Assembly: GCA_963816395.1 (NCBI GenBank)
Contig: CAWFKQ010000005.1
Span: 64,001 to 128,000, forward strand
Direction of reading: 5' to 3'
DNA from: an uncultured delta proteobacterium
GTDB taxonomy: Bacteria; Desulfobacterota; Desulfuromonadia; Desulfuromonadales; JACZKF01
Length of the DNA stretch: 64,000 nucleotides
The number at the start of each line of letters is the position of its first letter. Within the stretch, counting starts at the first letter, position 1. Below are positions 41,921 to 57,143 of this stretch, one piece after another. A program made the translations under genes and the position numbers. The notes beneath the pieces were generated by a model that was not told the origin of the DNA, ran no database searches, and was given only the letters and a program-made list of their open reading frames with translations.

Positions 41921-42853
41921 ATGGCATTCCGGCATAAGCACATTCTCGGTACCGAATATCTCTCCCGGGAGGATATCCAGCTTATCCTCGACACCGCCGA
42001 AAGCTTCAAGGAGATCAACACCCGGGAAATCAAGAAGGTCCCCACCTTGCGGGGGAAGACGATCATCAATCTCTTTTTCGAGGCGAGCACCCGTACCCGT
42101 ACTTCTTTCGAAATCGCCGGGAAGCGGCTTTCCGCCGATACCATCAACATCAGCGCTTCGTCTTCTTCGGTGGTGAAGGGGGAAACCCTCGAGGACACGG
42201 CGAAGAACCTGCAGTCGATGAAGCCGGATATCGTCGTCATGCGGCACGCCGCCTCCGGTGCTCCTCACTATCTGGCGGAGCGGCTCGACTGCTCGGTAAT
42301 CAACGCCGGCGACGGCGCCCATGAGCATCCCAGCCAGGCCTTGCTCGACCTGCTGACCATCCGGGAAAAGAAGGGGCGGCTCGAAGGGCAGACAGTGGCC
42401 ATTATCGGCGACATCACCCACAGCCGGGTGGCCCGCTCCAATCTCTATGCGATGAAAAAGATGGGGATGAAAGTGCGCCTGGCAGGTCCCGGCACCATGG
42501 TGCCGCCGGGGATCGAGCGGCTTGGCGCCGAAGTGTACAATGATATCAGGGAGGCGATCAGCGGCGCCGACGTGGTGATGATGCTGCGCATTCAGCTTGA
42601 GCGCCAGGGCAAGACGATGCTGCCGACGCTGCGGGAATACGCTCGATTCTACGGATTGAATACGGAGAATCTGAAGCTGGCCCGGAAGGATGCCATTGTC
42701 ATGCATCCCGGGCCGATGAACCGCGGAGTGGAGATTTCCTCCTTCGTCGCCGACGGGCCGCAGAACGTCATTCTCGACCAGGTGGAAAACGGTGTGGCCG
42801 TGCGCATGGCGCTACTGTATCTGGTGGCTGGGGGAGAGAGCAAAGAGGGCTAA
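41921..42853 (+). CDS. pyrB: Aspartate carbamoyltransferase catalytic subunit
   Basis: [24 protein letters not shown] and MHPGP.NRG. Confidence 0.97.
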   Translation: MAFRHKHILGTEYLSREDIQLILDTAESFKEINTREIKKVPTLRGKTIINLFFEASTRTRTSFEIAGKRLSADTINISASSSSVVKGETLEDTAKNLQSMKPDIVVMRHAASGAPHYLAERLDCSVINAGDGAHEHPSQALLDLLTIREKKGRLEGQTVAIIGDITHSRVARSNLYAMKKMGMKVRLAGPGTMVPPGIERLGAEVYNDIREAISGADVVMMLRIQLERQGKTMLPTLREYARFYGLNTENLKLARKDAIVMHPGPMNRGVEISSFVADGPQNVILDQVENGVAVRMALLYLVAGGESKEG

Positions 42854-42909
42854 ATTTTGAGTTCTGGATATCAAATTTTAAATTAATTCAACATTCAAAA
42901 TGCAAAATT
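42852..42909. repeat. AT-rich heptamer-periodic inverted repeat
   Basis: AATTTTG AGTTCTG ... ATTCAAC ATTCAAA ATGCAAA ATT, set in a GC-rich operon. Confidence 0.55.
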
Positions 42910-42928
42910 ATTCCGACGAGGTCTTACC

Positions 42929-44196
42929 ATGAACATACTTATCAAAAAAGGGAGAGTCATCGATCCGGCGCAGGGGATCGACGATGTGCTTGACGTGCTG
43001 ATCGCGGACGGGAAGATCGCCAAGGTCGGCAAAAATCTGAAAGGGGAGGGAGAGACGATCGACGCCGCCGGCATGCTGGTGACACCAGGGCTGATCGACC
43101 TTCACGTTCACCTGCGAGATCCGGGCTACGAATACAAGGAAGACATCGTGACCGGCACCCGGGCGGCCGCTGCCGGCGGCTTCACTTCAATAGCCTGCAT
43201 GCCCAATACCAGCCCGGTCAACGACAGCAAGGCGATCACCCTTTACATTCGGCGCAAGGCGCAGGAAGAGGGGACCGTCAATGTTTTCCCGGTGGGCAGC
43301 ATCACCAAGGGGCTGAAAGGGGAATCCCTCTCGGAAATGGGAGAATTGAAGGAAGCCGGCTGTCTGGCTGTTTCCGATGATGGCAAGCCGGTAGCCAGCG
43401 GCGAGTTGATGCGGCGGGCGATGGAATACGCGCGCCCCTTCGGTCTGACCGTCATCTCCCATGCCGAGGACCTGTCGCTGGTGGGCGAAGGGGTGATGAA
43501 CGACGGCTTCGTCGCCACCGAACTGGGCCTCAAGGGGATCCCCTGGGTGGCCGAGGACGCCGCCGTCGCCCGCGATGTCATGCTCGCCGAATTCACTGGC
43601 GCTCGCTTGCACGTGGCGCATGTTTCCACCCGCGGATCGGTGGAAATAGTCCGGGCCGCCAAGAAAAGAGGGGTAAGGGTCACCTGCGAGGCGACGCCGC
43701 ACCATTTTACTCTTACCGACGAGGCGGTGCGCGGCTACAAAACCAATGCCAAGATGAACCCGCCGCTGCGCAGCGCCGAGGACCTGGCGGCAATACGCGC
43801 CGGGCTGGCCGACGGCACCATCGACGCCATTGCCACCGATCACGCGCCGCACCACCTGGATGAGAAGAATGTGGAGTTCAATATCGCCCTGAACGGGGTA
43901 GTGGGGCTGGAGACCGCGCTGCCGCTCACCCTGCAACTGGTCGAGGAGAAGGTTCTTTCCCTGGCGGATGCCGTCGCCCGGTTGACCATCGGTCCAGCCC
44001 GGGCCTTAGGCATCCCCCGCGGTACCCTGGAGACCGGAGTCCCGGCTGACGTGACGGTGATCGACCCGAAACTGGCCTGGACCGTCGAGCCGGCGAAGCT
44101 TCAGTCCAAGAGCAAGAATACCCCCTTCGCCGGCTGGCAGATGAAGGGCGCGGCGGTGTGACGATCGTCGGCGGCAAGGTGGTGTGGAAGCGATAA
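42929..44196 (+). CDS. pyrC: Dihydroorotase (C-terminal frameshift near 44158)
   Basis: [25 protein letters not shown] and SKNTPF. The final strand [11 protein letters not shown] is in a shifted frame. Confidence 0.96.
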
Positions 44197-44330
44197 GGCC
44201 AATTTAACGCAGAGGACAGAATTCGAATCTTGTCTTTTCCTCATGCGTCTCTCAGCGACGGTGAAAAAAGCGGATTTAAGTAACCTATCACAACAGACTA
44301 TTCATCTAGTTCCTAAGGAGAAGTGAAGCA

Positions 44331-45457
44331 GTGAAAGCAATTCTCGCCCTTGCCGACGGCAAGGTTTTCCACGGCAAGGCCTTTGGCGCCGCTGGGGAGG
44401 TCACCGGCGAGGTGGTCTTCAACACCAGCATGACCGGTTATCAGGAGATCCTCACCGATCCCTCCTATGCCGGTGAAATCGTCACCATGACCTATCCTCT
44501 GATCGGCAACTACGGGGTCAATCTCGAAGATGTCGAATCTTCCCGGCCGCAACTGGCCGGCTTTGTGGTCAAGGAGGCAAGTGATTTTCCCTCCAACTGG
44601 CGCTCGAAGATGAGCATCGATGCCTACCTGAAGGAGAACGGCATCGTCGGCATCGAAGGCATCGACACCCGGGCACTGGTGCGGCACATCCGCGACAAGG
44701 GGGCGCAGACCGGGATTCTCTCCTCCGTCGATGTTGATCCCGACTCCCTGGTCGAGAAAGCCCGGCGGGCCCCCTCCATCGTCGGCCGCGACCTGGTCCG
44801 GGAGGTCACCTGCAGCAAGCCCTACCACTGGACCGAAGGGCCCTGGGACCTTGCCGAAGGATATCGCCCGAACGGGGATGCCCCCAGATTCAAGGTGGTG
44901 GCCTACGACTTCGGCATCAAGCGCAATATCCTGCGCAACCTGGTCGCCGCCGGCTGCGACGTCACCGTCGTTCCCGCGGATACCCCGGCCGAAGAGGTTC
45001 TGGCCATGCACCCCGATGGCGTTTTTCTCAGCAACGGTCCCGGCGACCCCGAGCCGATCGTCTATGCCCAGGAGAATATCCGCAAACTGCTGGGCAAGAA
45101 GCCGATTTTCGGCATTTGCCTGGGGCATCAGTTGCTCTCCATCGCCCTCGGCGGTAAAACCTACAAGCTCAAGTTCGGCCATCGCGGCGGCAACCAGCCG
45201 GTGCGCCGCGAGGACGGCCGGCAGGTGGAGATCACCGCCCAGAACCACGGCTTCGCCGTCGATGCCGACTCCCTGCACGACAAAGCGGTCCTCACCCATA
45301 TCAACCTCAACGACAACACCGTCGAAGGGTCTGGTGCACAAGACTCTGCCGGCCTTCTCCGTCCAGTACCACCCGGAAGCCTCCCCCGGGCCCGCACGAC
45401 GCCCGGTATCTGTTCGAGAAGTTTATTGAGATGATGGAGAAAGAAAAGGAGGCGTAG
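44331..45457 (+). CDS. carA: Carbamoyl-phosphate synthase small subunit (frameshifts near 45330 and 45390)
   Basis: [22 protein letters not shown] and [19 protein letters not shown] is in a shifted frame. Confidence 0.96.
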
Positions 45458-45460
45458 CGC

Positions 45461-45537
45461 GAAGAGGCAAGAGGCGAAGAGGTTAAGACCTCGTATACTC
45501 CCTGCTTTGTCCTCTCAGCCTCTTGCCTCTCGCCTCA
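45461..45537. repeat. Heptamer-based inverted repeat element
   Basis: AGAGGCAAGAGGCGAAGAGG ... CCTCTCAGCCTCTTGCCTCTCGCCTC. Confidence 0.7.
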
Positions 45538-45552
45538 GCTCAGGAAGTGTCT

Positions 45553-48813
<3,261 letters not shown>

Positions 48814-48918
48814 GCTATGCTGAGGGTGAGGCTGTGTTATTGCGCGGGAATGATCATGTAAACCCAGTTCGGGCGGGGCAACCCGCCCGATGATTTTCGT
48901 CAGACGAGGTAAGATTTC

Positions 48919-49395
48919 ATGTCCCAGTCGATTCCCATGACCCGCGAGGGGCATCAGCGCCTTCAGGAGGAGCTGAAGAAACTCGTGCGCGTCGCCCGTC
49001 CGCAGGTGGTGCAGGCGATCGCCGAAGCGCGCAGCCACGGCGACTTGTCGGAGAACGCCGAATATGATGCGGCGAAGGAGCGCCAGGCCTTCATTGAAGG
49101 GCGGATTAAGGAGTTAAACGACAAGATCGCTCGCGCCCAGGTCATCAACCCGGCTGAACTCGACAGTGAAAAGGTGGTCTTCGGCGCCAAGGTGACTCTT
49201 TTCGATGTCGATAGCGGCAATGAGGTGACCTATCAGATCGTCGGCGAGGACGAAGCCGAAATCAAGGCGGGCAAGCTTTCGGTTACCTCTCCAGTCGGCA
49301 AGGCGCTGATCGGTCACCGTCTTGACGACGAAGTTCGAATCCAGGTTCCATCGGGACTTAAAGTTTACGAGATCATCGATATCAAATATGAATAG
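48919..49395 (+). CDS. greA: Transcription elongation factor GreA
   Basis: AR.HGDLSENAEYDAAKE and SPVGKALIG. Confidence 0.97.
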   Translation: MSQSIPMTREGHQRLQEELKKLVRVARPQVVQAIAEARSHGDLSENAEYDAAKERQAFIEGRIKELNDKIARAQVINPAELDSEKVVFGAKVTLFDVDSGNEVTYQIVGEDEAEIKAGKLSVTSPVGKALIGHRLDDEVRIQVPSGLKVYEIIDIKYE

Positions 49396-49472
49396 AAATC
49401 GCTTTAGGAAATCAGGCCAAAGCCTGAAAGACTCTAAGCCCAGAAACAAAAACAAAAAACAGGCAGGAATCC

Positions 49473-49676
49473 ATGGCCGAAAAAATAACAAAATCCATGA
49501 CCTTGCATCAGATCTTGCAGATGAACCCGGAAGTTGCAACCGTCCTGGGCAAATATAACCTCGGCTGCATCGGTTGCCTGGGAGCGATAAATGAGACCCT
49601 CGAACGCGGCGCCATCAACCATGGGTTGGACGTCAACGACCTTCTCCGCGACCTGAACGCCATCTTCCAGAAGTGA
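49473..49676 (+). CDS. DUF1858 (hybrid-cluster-associated redox disulfide) small protein
   Basis: ITKSMT..QIL...PE...VL.KY.LGCIGC.GA..ETLE.GA..HGLD. Confidence 0.85.
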   Translation: MAEKITKSMTLHQILQMNPEVATVLGKYNLGCIGCLGAINETLERGAINHGLDVNDLLRDLNAIFQK

Positions 49677-49777
49677 GGTGCGGGATTGAGAGGTGAGGCG
49701 AACCAATCTCACTGTTTTTCCCCTCATTCCGCACTGCCACCAGTCCCCTCCGATATTCTCCTTTTTGCCAGGGTGCC

Positions 49778-51929
49778 ATGCCCCTGACTCCCACCTATCA
49801 GCGCAGTCGGGAACTTCTCGACACCCCCTTGACCGAGGTCAGGGGTGTTGGCCCGCAGCTCATGGAAAAGCTGATCCGGATGGGACTTTCCACCGTCGAA
49901 GACGTCCTTTACACGCTTCCTCTTCGCTATGAGGACCGGCGCCAAGTCCACAGGATCGCCCACCTGCGCGATGGCGCCCGGGACGTCTTCTGCGGCGAAA
50001 TCCTGGCTTCCGGTGAGACGGTTACCGCTAGAAACCGTCGGCGGCTGTATGAAGTGATCGTCGGCGACGGTACTGGCCAGATCAGCCTCAAGTGGTTCCA
50101 TTTCCGCCGTGAATGGATGCAAAAGCGCTTCGCCGTCGGCCGCCGGGCATTCTTCACCGGCGAGGTCAAGCGCTTCGGAGCGGTTCGGGAGGTTCACCAT
50201 CCGGATGCCGAGTTCCTTAATCCGGGGCAATCGCCGGAAGAGGCCATGGCCGCCGATCCTCTGAACTTTGGCCGCTTGCTGCCGGTTTATCCGCTGACCG
50301 AGGGACTGCACCAGAAGGTAGCCCGACGGGTCTGGAGAGAAGTGGTGGAGCGCTTCGCGCCGATTGCCATCTCACCTTTGCCGGCTGCCACCCGCCAGCG
50401 CCGCGGTCTGTTGCCGCTTTCAACCGCCCTGGAGCAGGTGCACTGGCCTGGTGATGTCTCTCCGGTCGATCTGGAACGGGGAAGTGACCAGGCCCGGCGT
50501 ACTCTGGTTTACGACGAGTTTTTCTTCCTGGAGCTTGGCCTTGCCCTCAGAAGGCGTGGGGTGGTGCTCGAGGAGGGCCTCCCTTTTCAGGTTTCCCACC
50601 GCTATACCCGGCCGCTGGCGCAGATGCTCCCGTATCGTTTGACCGATGCCCAGCGCCGGGTGCTGGGGGAGATCAAGCAGGATCTGATGGCGCCCCATCC
50701 GATGAACCGTCTGGTGCAGGGGGACGTGGGGAGCGGCAAAACGATCGTTGCCCTCATGGCCGCTCTGCTGGCCATCGAGAACGATACCCAGGTGGCAGTG
50801 GTCGCTCCAACCGAAATCCTGGCAGAACAGCACTACCTGCAGTTCCGTCACTGGCTGACGCAGCTCGGCCTGCGCGCGGTTCTGCTCTCCGGTTCGACTG
50901 CGGCCCGGGAAAAGGCGGAAATGCTGCAGCAGATCCGCGACGGAAGCATCCACCTGGTGGTCGGCACTCATGCCGTCCTCCAGGAGGGGGTCGAGTTCGG
51001 TCGGCTGGGGTTGGGGATCATCGACGAACAGCACCGCTTCGGCGTTCGCCAGCGCGGCCTTCTGCGCAAGAAGGGGGAAAACCCGCATATTCTGGTGATG
51101 ACCGCCACCCCCATACCGCGCACCCTTTCCCTGACTCTCTACGGCGACCTTACGTTGTCGGTGATCGATGAACTGCCGCCCGGGCGCACGCCCGGTGCTG
51201 ACCCGGGTTCTTCCCGAGCGGGAACGCCGGCAGGCCTACTCTCGCATCGCCCGCGAACTTGCCGCCGGTCGACAGGCCTATATCGTCTATCCGCTGGTGG
51301 AGGAATCGGAAAAAAGCGACCTCCTCGATGCCACCGAGGGCGCGGAGCGTCTGCGGCGCGAGGTCTTCCCCGATTCCCAGGTCGGCCTGTTGCACGGCCG
51401 GATGAAGCCGGAGGAGAAGGAGGCGGTAATGGTTGCCTTCAGGAACGGCGATATCAACATCCTGGTGGCTACCACAGTAATCGAGGTCGGAATCGATGTT
51501 CCCCGGGCGACAGTGATGATGGTCGAGCATGCCGAGCGTTTTGGCCTGGCCCAACTGCATCAACTGCGCGGCCGGGTAGGGCGGGGGAGTGACGGTGGCC
51601 ATTGCCTGCTGGTGCGCTCGCAGCGCTGTAGCGATGAGGGGATGCGCCGGTTGCAGGTGATGGAACAGACCACCGACGGTTTCCGCATTGCCGAAGCCGA
51701 TCTGGAGATCCGCGGGCCAGGGGAATTTCTCGGTACCCGCCAGGCAGGAATCCCCGACTTCCGCGTTGCCAATCTGCTGCGTGACGGTCGACTTCTGGAG
51801 GAGGCGAGGGAGGACGCATTTCGACTGGCGGAGGAACCGGCGTTCCTGACTAATCCCGCCTACGCCGAATTGCGTCAGGCTCTCATCGACCGATGGGGAA
51901 ACCGGTTGGAATTGGCGAGCATCGGTTAG
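49778..51929 (+). CDS. recG: ATP-dependent DNA helicase RecG (frameshift near 51190)
   Basis: QGDVGSGKT, DEQHRFG, MTATPIPR, HQLRGRVGRG and DL.IRGPGE.LGTRQ. Confidence 0.96.
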
Positions 51930-52013
51930 AGACCCCGGTGGGCGACTGCCGAGGAAGGAATACTCTGACCGGTTGCGACCGACATATGGAATCGATAAAC
52001 TGGAACCTGATCC

Positions 52014-52369
52014 ATGAAGGACAAAAACTCGCGACTTGTGTACTCATCCGATCAGGGGCGAATTTGCCCCGAGTGCAGGTAAACCGGCACCCGCATGCAC
52101 CTGTGCCCGGCGGAGGGAGCCATCCGGCGACGGCATCGTTCGCATCCGCCGGGAGTCGAAGGGAAGGGGAGGCAAGACGGTGACGGTGATTACCGGTCTG
52201 CCTCTGGAGGATGAAGCGCTGAAAATACTGGTCGGGGAAGCTCAAGCGACGCTGCGGGACCGGCGGCACGGTTAAGAGCGGGACCGTCGAGATCCAGGGA
52301 GATCATGCCGATCTTCTCGTCGCCGACCTGCAGAAGCGCGGCTTCAGTGTCAAGCGATCAGGTGGCTAA
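52014..52369 (+). CDS. yciH: Translation initiation factor SUI1/YciH family (frameshifted)
   Basis: MKDKNSRLVYSSD.G.ICP, DGIVRIRRESKGRGGKTVTVI and KRRCGTGGTVK...EIQGDH...KRSGG* across frames. Confidence 0.88.
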
Positions 52370-52516
52370 ATATACTTGTCCGCCGTGTCTGTGATTAGAA
52401 AAAGGATAAAGTATTGCAAGTAAACGCGTTGGAATAATGGGATATATCTATGTCAGAGGCAGAGGGCTGGCCCAGGTGGAATAGACGATCAGCAGGGGAC
52501 TGGCCAAGTCGCCCGG

Positions 52517-53188
52517 ATGCGCATCCTGGTCATGCATAAGCGTTATCGCCTGGTTACCTATACGGAAGAGGAGGAGTTGGCCAATCGGCTGACGCACGGC
52601 TTCGGGGCGCTATGCAGTCTGGTCGGCATGATTGTTCTGCTATGGCTGGCCGCCGCCCGTCATGACCCCTGGCGCCTGGCAAGCTGTGCCGTTTACGGCG
52701 GAACCCTGGTCCTCTTCTATCTCATGTCGACCCTGTATCACAGTGTCCGTACACCAAAAATCAGGTATTATTTCCGCATTCTCGATCATGCCAGCATCTT
52801 TCTGCTGATTGCCGGCACTTACACGCCTTTTACCCTGGTCAACATGCGCGGCCCATGGGGCTGGTCAATCTTCGCGGTCATTTGGGCGCTGGCTCTGGGC
52901 GGGGTGATTATGAAGATATTCATGACCGGTCGCCTGCCTATCATCGGACCGATCCTTTATATTGCCATGGGATGGCTTATCATCATCGCCATCAAACCGC
53001 TCCTCGCCACCGTTCCGGCAGGGGGCATCACCTTTCTCTTCGCCGGCGGATGCCTCTACACCATAGGAGTCATCTTCTACGCCTGGGACAAGATTCCCTT
53101 CAATCACGCCATCTGGCATCTCTTCGTTCTCGCGGCGAGCGCCAGTCACTACACTGCCATATTGTTATACGTTGTGCTCCGGCACTAA
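52517..53188 (+). CDS. Hemolysin III family (PAQR/TrhA) membrane protein
   Basis: EE.AN.LTHG, STLYH, DHASIFLLIAGTYTP and HAIWHLFV. Confidence 0.93.
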   Translation: MRILVMHKRYRLVTYTEEEELANRLTHGFGALCSLVGMIVLLWLAAARHDPWRLASCAVYGGTLVLFYLMSTLYHSVRTPKIRYYFRILDHASIFLLIAGTYTPFTLVNMRGPWGWSIFAVIWALALGGVIMKIFMTGRLPIIGPILYIAMGWLIIIAIKPLLATVPAGGITFLFAGGCLYTIGVIFYAWDKIPFNHAIWHLFVLAASASHYTAILLYVVLRH

Positions 53189-53271
53189 ATCGTCTTTTCG
53201 CCAATGGTGATTCTACCGCGATGGCCGAAAGGTTGCGGGGGTACGCCTCATGGGAGCCACTGTCGCCGGCT

Positions 53272-53300
53272 TTGACTTAACGTCGGATAAGATATATTAT
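53272..53300 (+). promoter_or_regulatory. Near-consensus sigma70 promoter
   Basis: TTGACT-N17-TATTAT. Confidence 0.6.
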
Positions 53301-53699
53301 GTAAACTAAGGAATCCGGAATAGATATTCGGCGCCTGGACCGACTGAGATGTTCTGTTCATCTTGAAATTAGTGAGAGGCGCAGTGGTCTGGTTTCTTAG
53401 GCATGAAGCTATCCCAGGACACCGGCATGCTACACCCGATCGCGAATCGTTGAGACTGCCGTTCCCCTGGTTTGAGCACACGGTGGTGGTGACGGTTTGT
53501 GCCGGAGGAAATCCTCGATGGCATTGGGTGGGATTATTCTCAAGGGATGGTGCTGTGTCCTGATCATATCCATGGCCGGACTGACTTGGCGGTTTACTGG
53601 GGTGGAGAAGTTAACCGTCTGAACCAGGAACGACAAAGTGACTGGGAGCGCCCATCGAAGGAATGGGAAGCGCGTACATTTTGCGGCGCCGCGTTATGC

Positions 53700-53740
53700 A
53701 AAAAAAAAACGGAAAAGACTTTTCGGTCCCTTCCGTTTTT
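53700..53740 (-). terminator. Terminator downstream of tRNA-Pro (bidirectional)
   Basis: A-run then CGGAAAAGAC-TTTTCG-GTCCCTTCCG-TTTTT. Confidence 0.65.
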
Positions 53741-53746
53741 CTTCGT

Positions 53747-53823
53747 TGGTCGGGGCGAGAGGATTCGAACCTCCGGCCCCCAGCACCCCATGCTGGTGCG
53801 CTACCAGGCTGCGCTACGCCCCG
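53747..53823 (-). tRNA. tRNA-Pro(GGG)
   Basis: CGGGGCGTAGCGCAGCCTGGTAGCGCACCAGCAT-GGG-GTGCTGG...GGTTCGAATCC...CCCCGACCA, 77 nt with encoded CCA. Confidence 0.97.
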
Positions 53824-54167
53824 TCAGTCAACGCGAGGGAGTATGGTTGATTCGTACATGATTGTCAAGGAAAAATTGATTTAAATGGGCCTCTGCCTGC
53901 TAATAAAACACCTGAAACATCAATGGATTACATCCCGCCGGTGGTTGTAGGCGGATGACCATCGATATCCCGTTTCGCCTTTTCTTCGTGCGAGGAATGT
54001 ACGACCAGTCCGGAAGCTATGGTCTGCTGCACGCGGACGAGGGATCGCCCGCATGCATGCGCAACGTGCATCGAAGTGGGAGGTATCACTGGTTGATAGC
54101 GGACCACGGAAATTTTTCGAGGAAAGGCCTTTTATCTGGCCGTTTTCACGCATTTTTCGCTCACAAG

Positions 54168-54599
54168 TTACATGCCATAAACCCGCTCTCCGGGAAGGAC
54201 TGTGATGCCATTGCGGAGCAGCACCTGAATCGCTTCCTCCGCATCATCGAAGCGGAAAATGATAACCGCGTTTTCACCGCAACGTTCGACGAAGGCGTAC
54301 ATGTACTCGACATTGACCTTAGCTTTATCCAGAATCTTGAGGATTTTATTCAACCCCATGGGCTGGTCCGGCACCTCGACCGCCACGACTTCGGTCTTGC
54401 GGACCGTGAAACCGTGTTCCTTGAGAACGGTCTTGGCCAAATCAGTTTTGTCGACGATCAACCGCAGAATGCCGAAGTCGGACGTGTCGGCCAGAGACAG
54501 TGCTCGAATGCTGATCCCGCCCTCTCCGATCACCCTGGTCACCTCGGCCAGCCGCCCGGATTTATTTTCAATGAAAATCGAAATCTGCTCCACCTTCAT
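54168..54599 (-). CDS. Tandem ACT domain protein
   Basis: [13 protein letters not shown]...[14 protein letters not shown]...NVEYMYAF. Usual partner of paaK-like genes. Confidence 0.9.
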   Translation of the reverse strand: MKVEQISIFIENKSGRLAEVTRVIGEGGISIRALSLADTSDFGILRLIVDKTDLAKTVLKEHGFTVRKTEVVAVEVPDQPMGLNKILKILDKAKVNVEYMYAFVERCGENAVIIFRFDDAEEAIQVLLRNGITVLPGERVYGM

Positions 54600-54653
54600 C
54601 GGATCCCCCTTACCGCGGTATGGATTTCAGCTTTGAGCCCAATTTTCAATCCT

Positions 54654-55956
54654 TCATTTGGGCCGGTTGTCGATCACTCGCTGGGCCTTCCCTTCGCTGC
54701 GGGCAATTGTTTTGGGTTCAACCAACCGTACCTTGCAGTTGATGCCGAGCAAATCTTTGATTTCCTTGTTGATGTGCCCCGATAGATCCTGCAGGACCTT
54801 GATTTCGTCTGAGAATGTCCGCTCATTGACTTCCACCTGCACTTCCAGGGTGTCCAGATTTTCCTCCCTGGTAATGATGAGCTGATAGTGCGGCTCGACT
54901 CCGTCAATCTGCATCAGCACGCTCTCGATCTGTGAGGGGAAGACATTGACCCCGCGGATGATCAGCATGTCATCACTACGCCCGCTCATGCGCGCCAATC
55001 GAGCATGGGTGCGGCCGCAGAGGCAGGGCTCGGGGATCAGGCGGGTGATGTCGCGCGTTCGATAACGGATCATCGGGATCCCCGCTTTGGTGATGGTGGT
55101 GATCACCAGTTCCCCGGTCTCCCCTGCCGGCAGCACTTCACAGGTTTCAGGATTGATGATCTCAGGGATGAAATGGTCTTCCCATATATGCAGGCCATGC
55201 TGGGCTTCAATGCACTCGATCGCCACCCCCGGACCAAGGATTTCGGAAAGACCATAAATGTCGATCGCCTTGATATTCAGCTTCTCTTCAATCTCCCGGC
55301 GCATCGACTCGCTCCATGGCTCGGCGCCGAAGATGCCGACCCGCAGCTTGAGATCGCGGAAACTGATCCCCTCCTCGGCCGCCGTTTCGGCAAGAAAAAG
55401 GCTGTAAGAGGGGGTGCAGGTGAGAACGGTTGAACCGAAGTCTTTCATGATCATTATCTGCCGCTTGGTATTCCCCCCCGAGATTGGAATAACCGAAGCC
55501 CCAAGTCTTTCTGCTCCGTAATGGGCTCCCAGGCCGCCCGTAAAGAGGCCGTAACCGTAGGCATTATGGATGATGTCGCCCCGGTGGGCACCGGCGGCAA
55601 CGAAGGAGCGGGCCATCAGTTCGGCCCATAGTTCAATGTCGCGGCGGGTGTAGCCGACGACTGTCGGCTTACCCGTGGTACCCGAGGAAGCATGGATGCG
55701 GACAATCTGGTCGAGAGGTACCGCGAACAGACCGTACGGGTAATTATCCCGCATGTCCTGTTTGAGGGTGAAGGGAAGCCGGCGCAGATCGTCCAGACTT
55801 CTGATCATCTCCGGTTCCGACCCCTGCCCGGCGGAAACTCTCCCGATAGAAAGGAACGGTAGCATTGACCCGCTGCAGCGTCTGCTGCAACCGTTTCAAT
55901 TGAAGCGACTCGATCGCCTCTCGCGGCAAAGTTTCGAATTCGTCATTCCACAACAT
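54654..55956 (-). CDS. paaK: Phenylacetate-CoA ligase family (frameshift near 55825)
   Basis: [31 protein letters not shown] and [20 protein letters not shown]. Confidence 0.92.
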
Positions 55957-56218
55957 AAAAACCTCACAAGCGCAAGTTGTCGGTTCCCTGCTCCACTTGG
56001 TTTTCCATCCTTAAACTATAAACCTGAATTTTGAAAAATCATTCACAATTCACCTTTCGCCCAGGCATCCCAGGCGCATCCGGCAATAGCCTTGCCGGAG
56101 AGAGGGTTTCCTACGCGCGCTTCCTGATGCGGCAACCAGACCGTCTCGGAGGTGATCGGCACGGAGCAATACCTCATAAGATAAAAAATTACGCAGGGGC
56201 CGTCAAGCAGAGTTGTAG

Positions 56219-57143
56219 TTATTTTGAGGATATTTGCTCAAGGCTGAGCAGGATGCCTTCCAGCAGACCGAAATCACTGATGGTAAGAGCCTTGCGGCGA
56301 AACCTGGTCATGATGCCGAGAACGATCCGCAACCCGGGGACAATCAAATCCCCCCTCCCCTTTTCCATCCCGGCCAGCGCTTCGCGGTCCGCCACCGAGA
56401 GTGGCTCAAGGAGAGAGTTCAGGGTTCGAAGATCAGGAATGGTCAGTACCAGATTGTTGATCCGTTGCCAGTCGTATTCGGACATGCCGAGGTGCAGTGC
56501 ACCCAGGGTGGTCACCGTGCCGGCAGTGCCTACCAGGAGGCAGGAGGGATCAGCTGGCCAGGGAACTCAGACCTGCAGATGCCAGATCTGCTTGAAAGAG
56601 AGTCAGGATACGATCGATCTCGGAATTTTGCAGGGAAGGGGCGGGGAAGTCTTCAGCCAGACGCACCACCCCCAGAGGATAACTGCGGGAAAGTCGGGCT
56701 CGACCTTGATGCCAGAGAATAAACTCGGTGCTTCCGCCGCCGATGTCAACGATCAGGCAGGTGGCAGGTGGGGGGGCGAGCGCGCTCAGAACCCCGAGGC
56801 AACTCAGCCGGGCTTCCTCTGCGCCGTCAATGATTTCAAGGGGAATGCCGGTGTGGTCAGCGGCCAGTGCGGCGAACTCGGGGCCATTGGCGGCAGCTCG
56901 AAGGACCTCCGTCCCGACCCCCCGCAAATTCCGGACCGACGCCCTCTGCAGGAGTGCAGCAGCTTCCTGAAGAGCGGCAAGGGTCCGTTCCATTGCTGCC
57001 GGGTGAAGTCCACGCTCCGGAGAAAAGCCTCCGCCCAAGCGGGTGACGCGGCGGAAATATTGCCGCGGTTCGATTCTACCTTCACGAACTGAACCGATCA
57101 GCAACCGCACCGTATTGGTGCCGACATCGACGGCGGCATACAC
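56219..57143 (-). CDS. Ppx/GppA exopolyphosphatase family (frameshift near 56550)
   Basis: AAVDVGTNTVRL, I.GAEEA, DIGGGSTE, GTAGTVTT, GRGDLIVPG and GLLEG. Confidence 0.9.

Noticed and set aside
44159..44161. pyrC TGA as selenocysteine or readthrough
   Set aside because: The conserved tail continues in a different frame, and there is no Cys-equivalent position. It is an indel.
49673..49740. Imperfect inverted repeat between DUF1858 and recG
   Set aside because: Probably an ordinary mRNA hairpin or terminator. It is a single copy with no clear link to the heptamer family.
53747..53823. tRNA-Pro as an island integration site
   Set aside because: I saw no integrase and no duplicated tRNA 3' end in the window.
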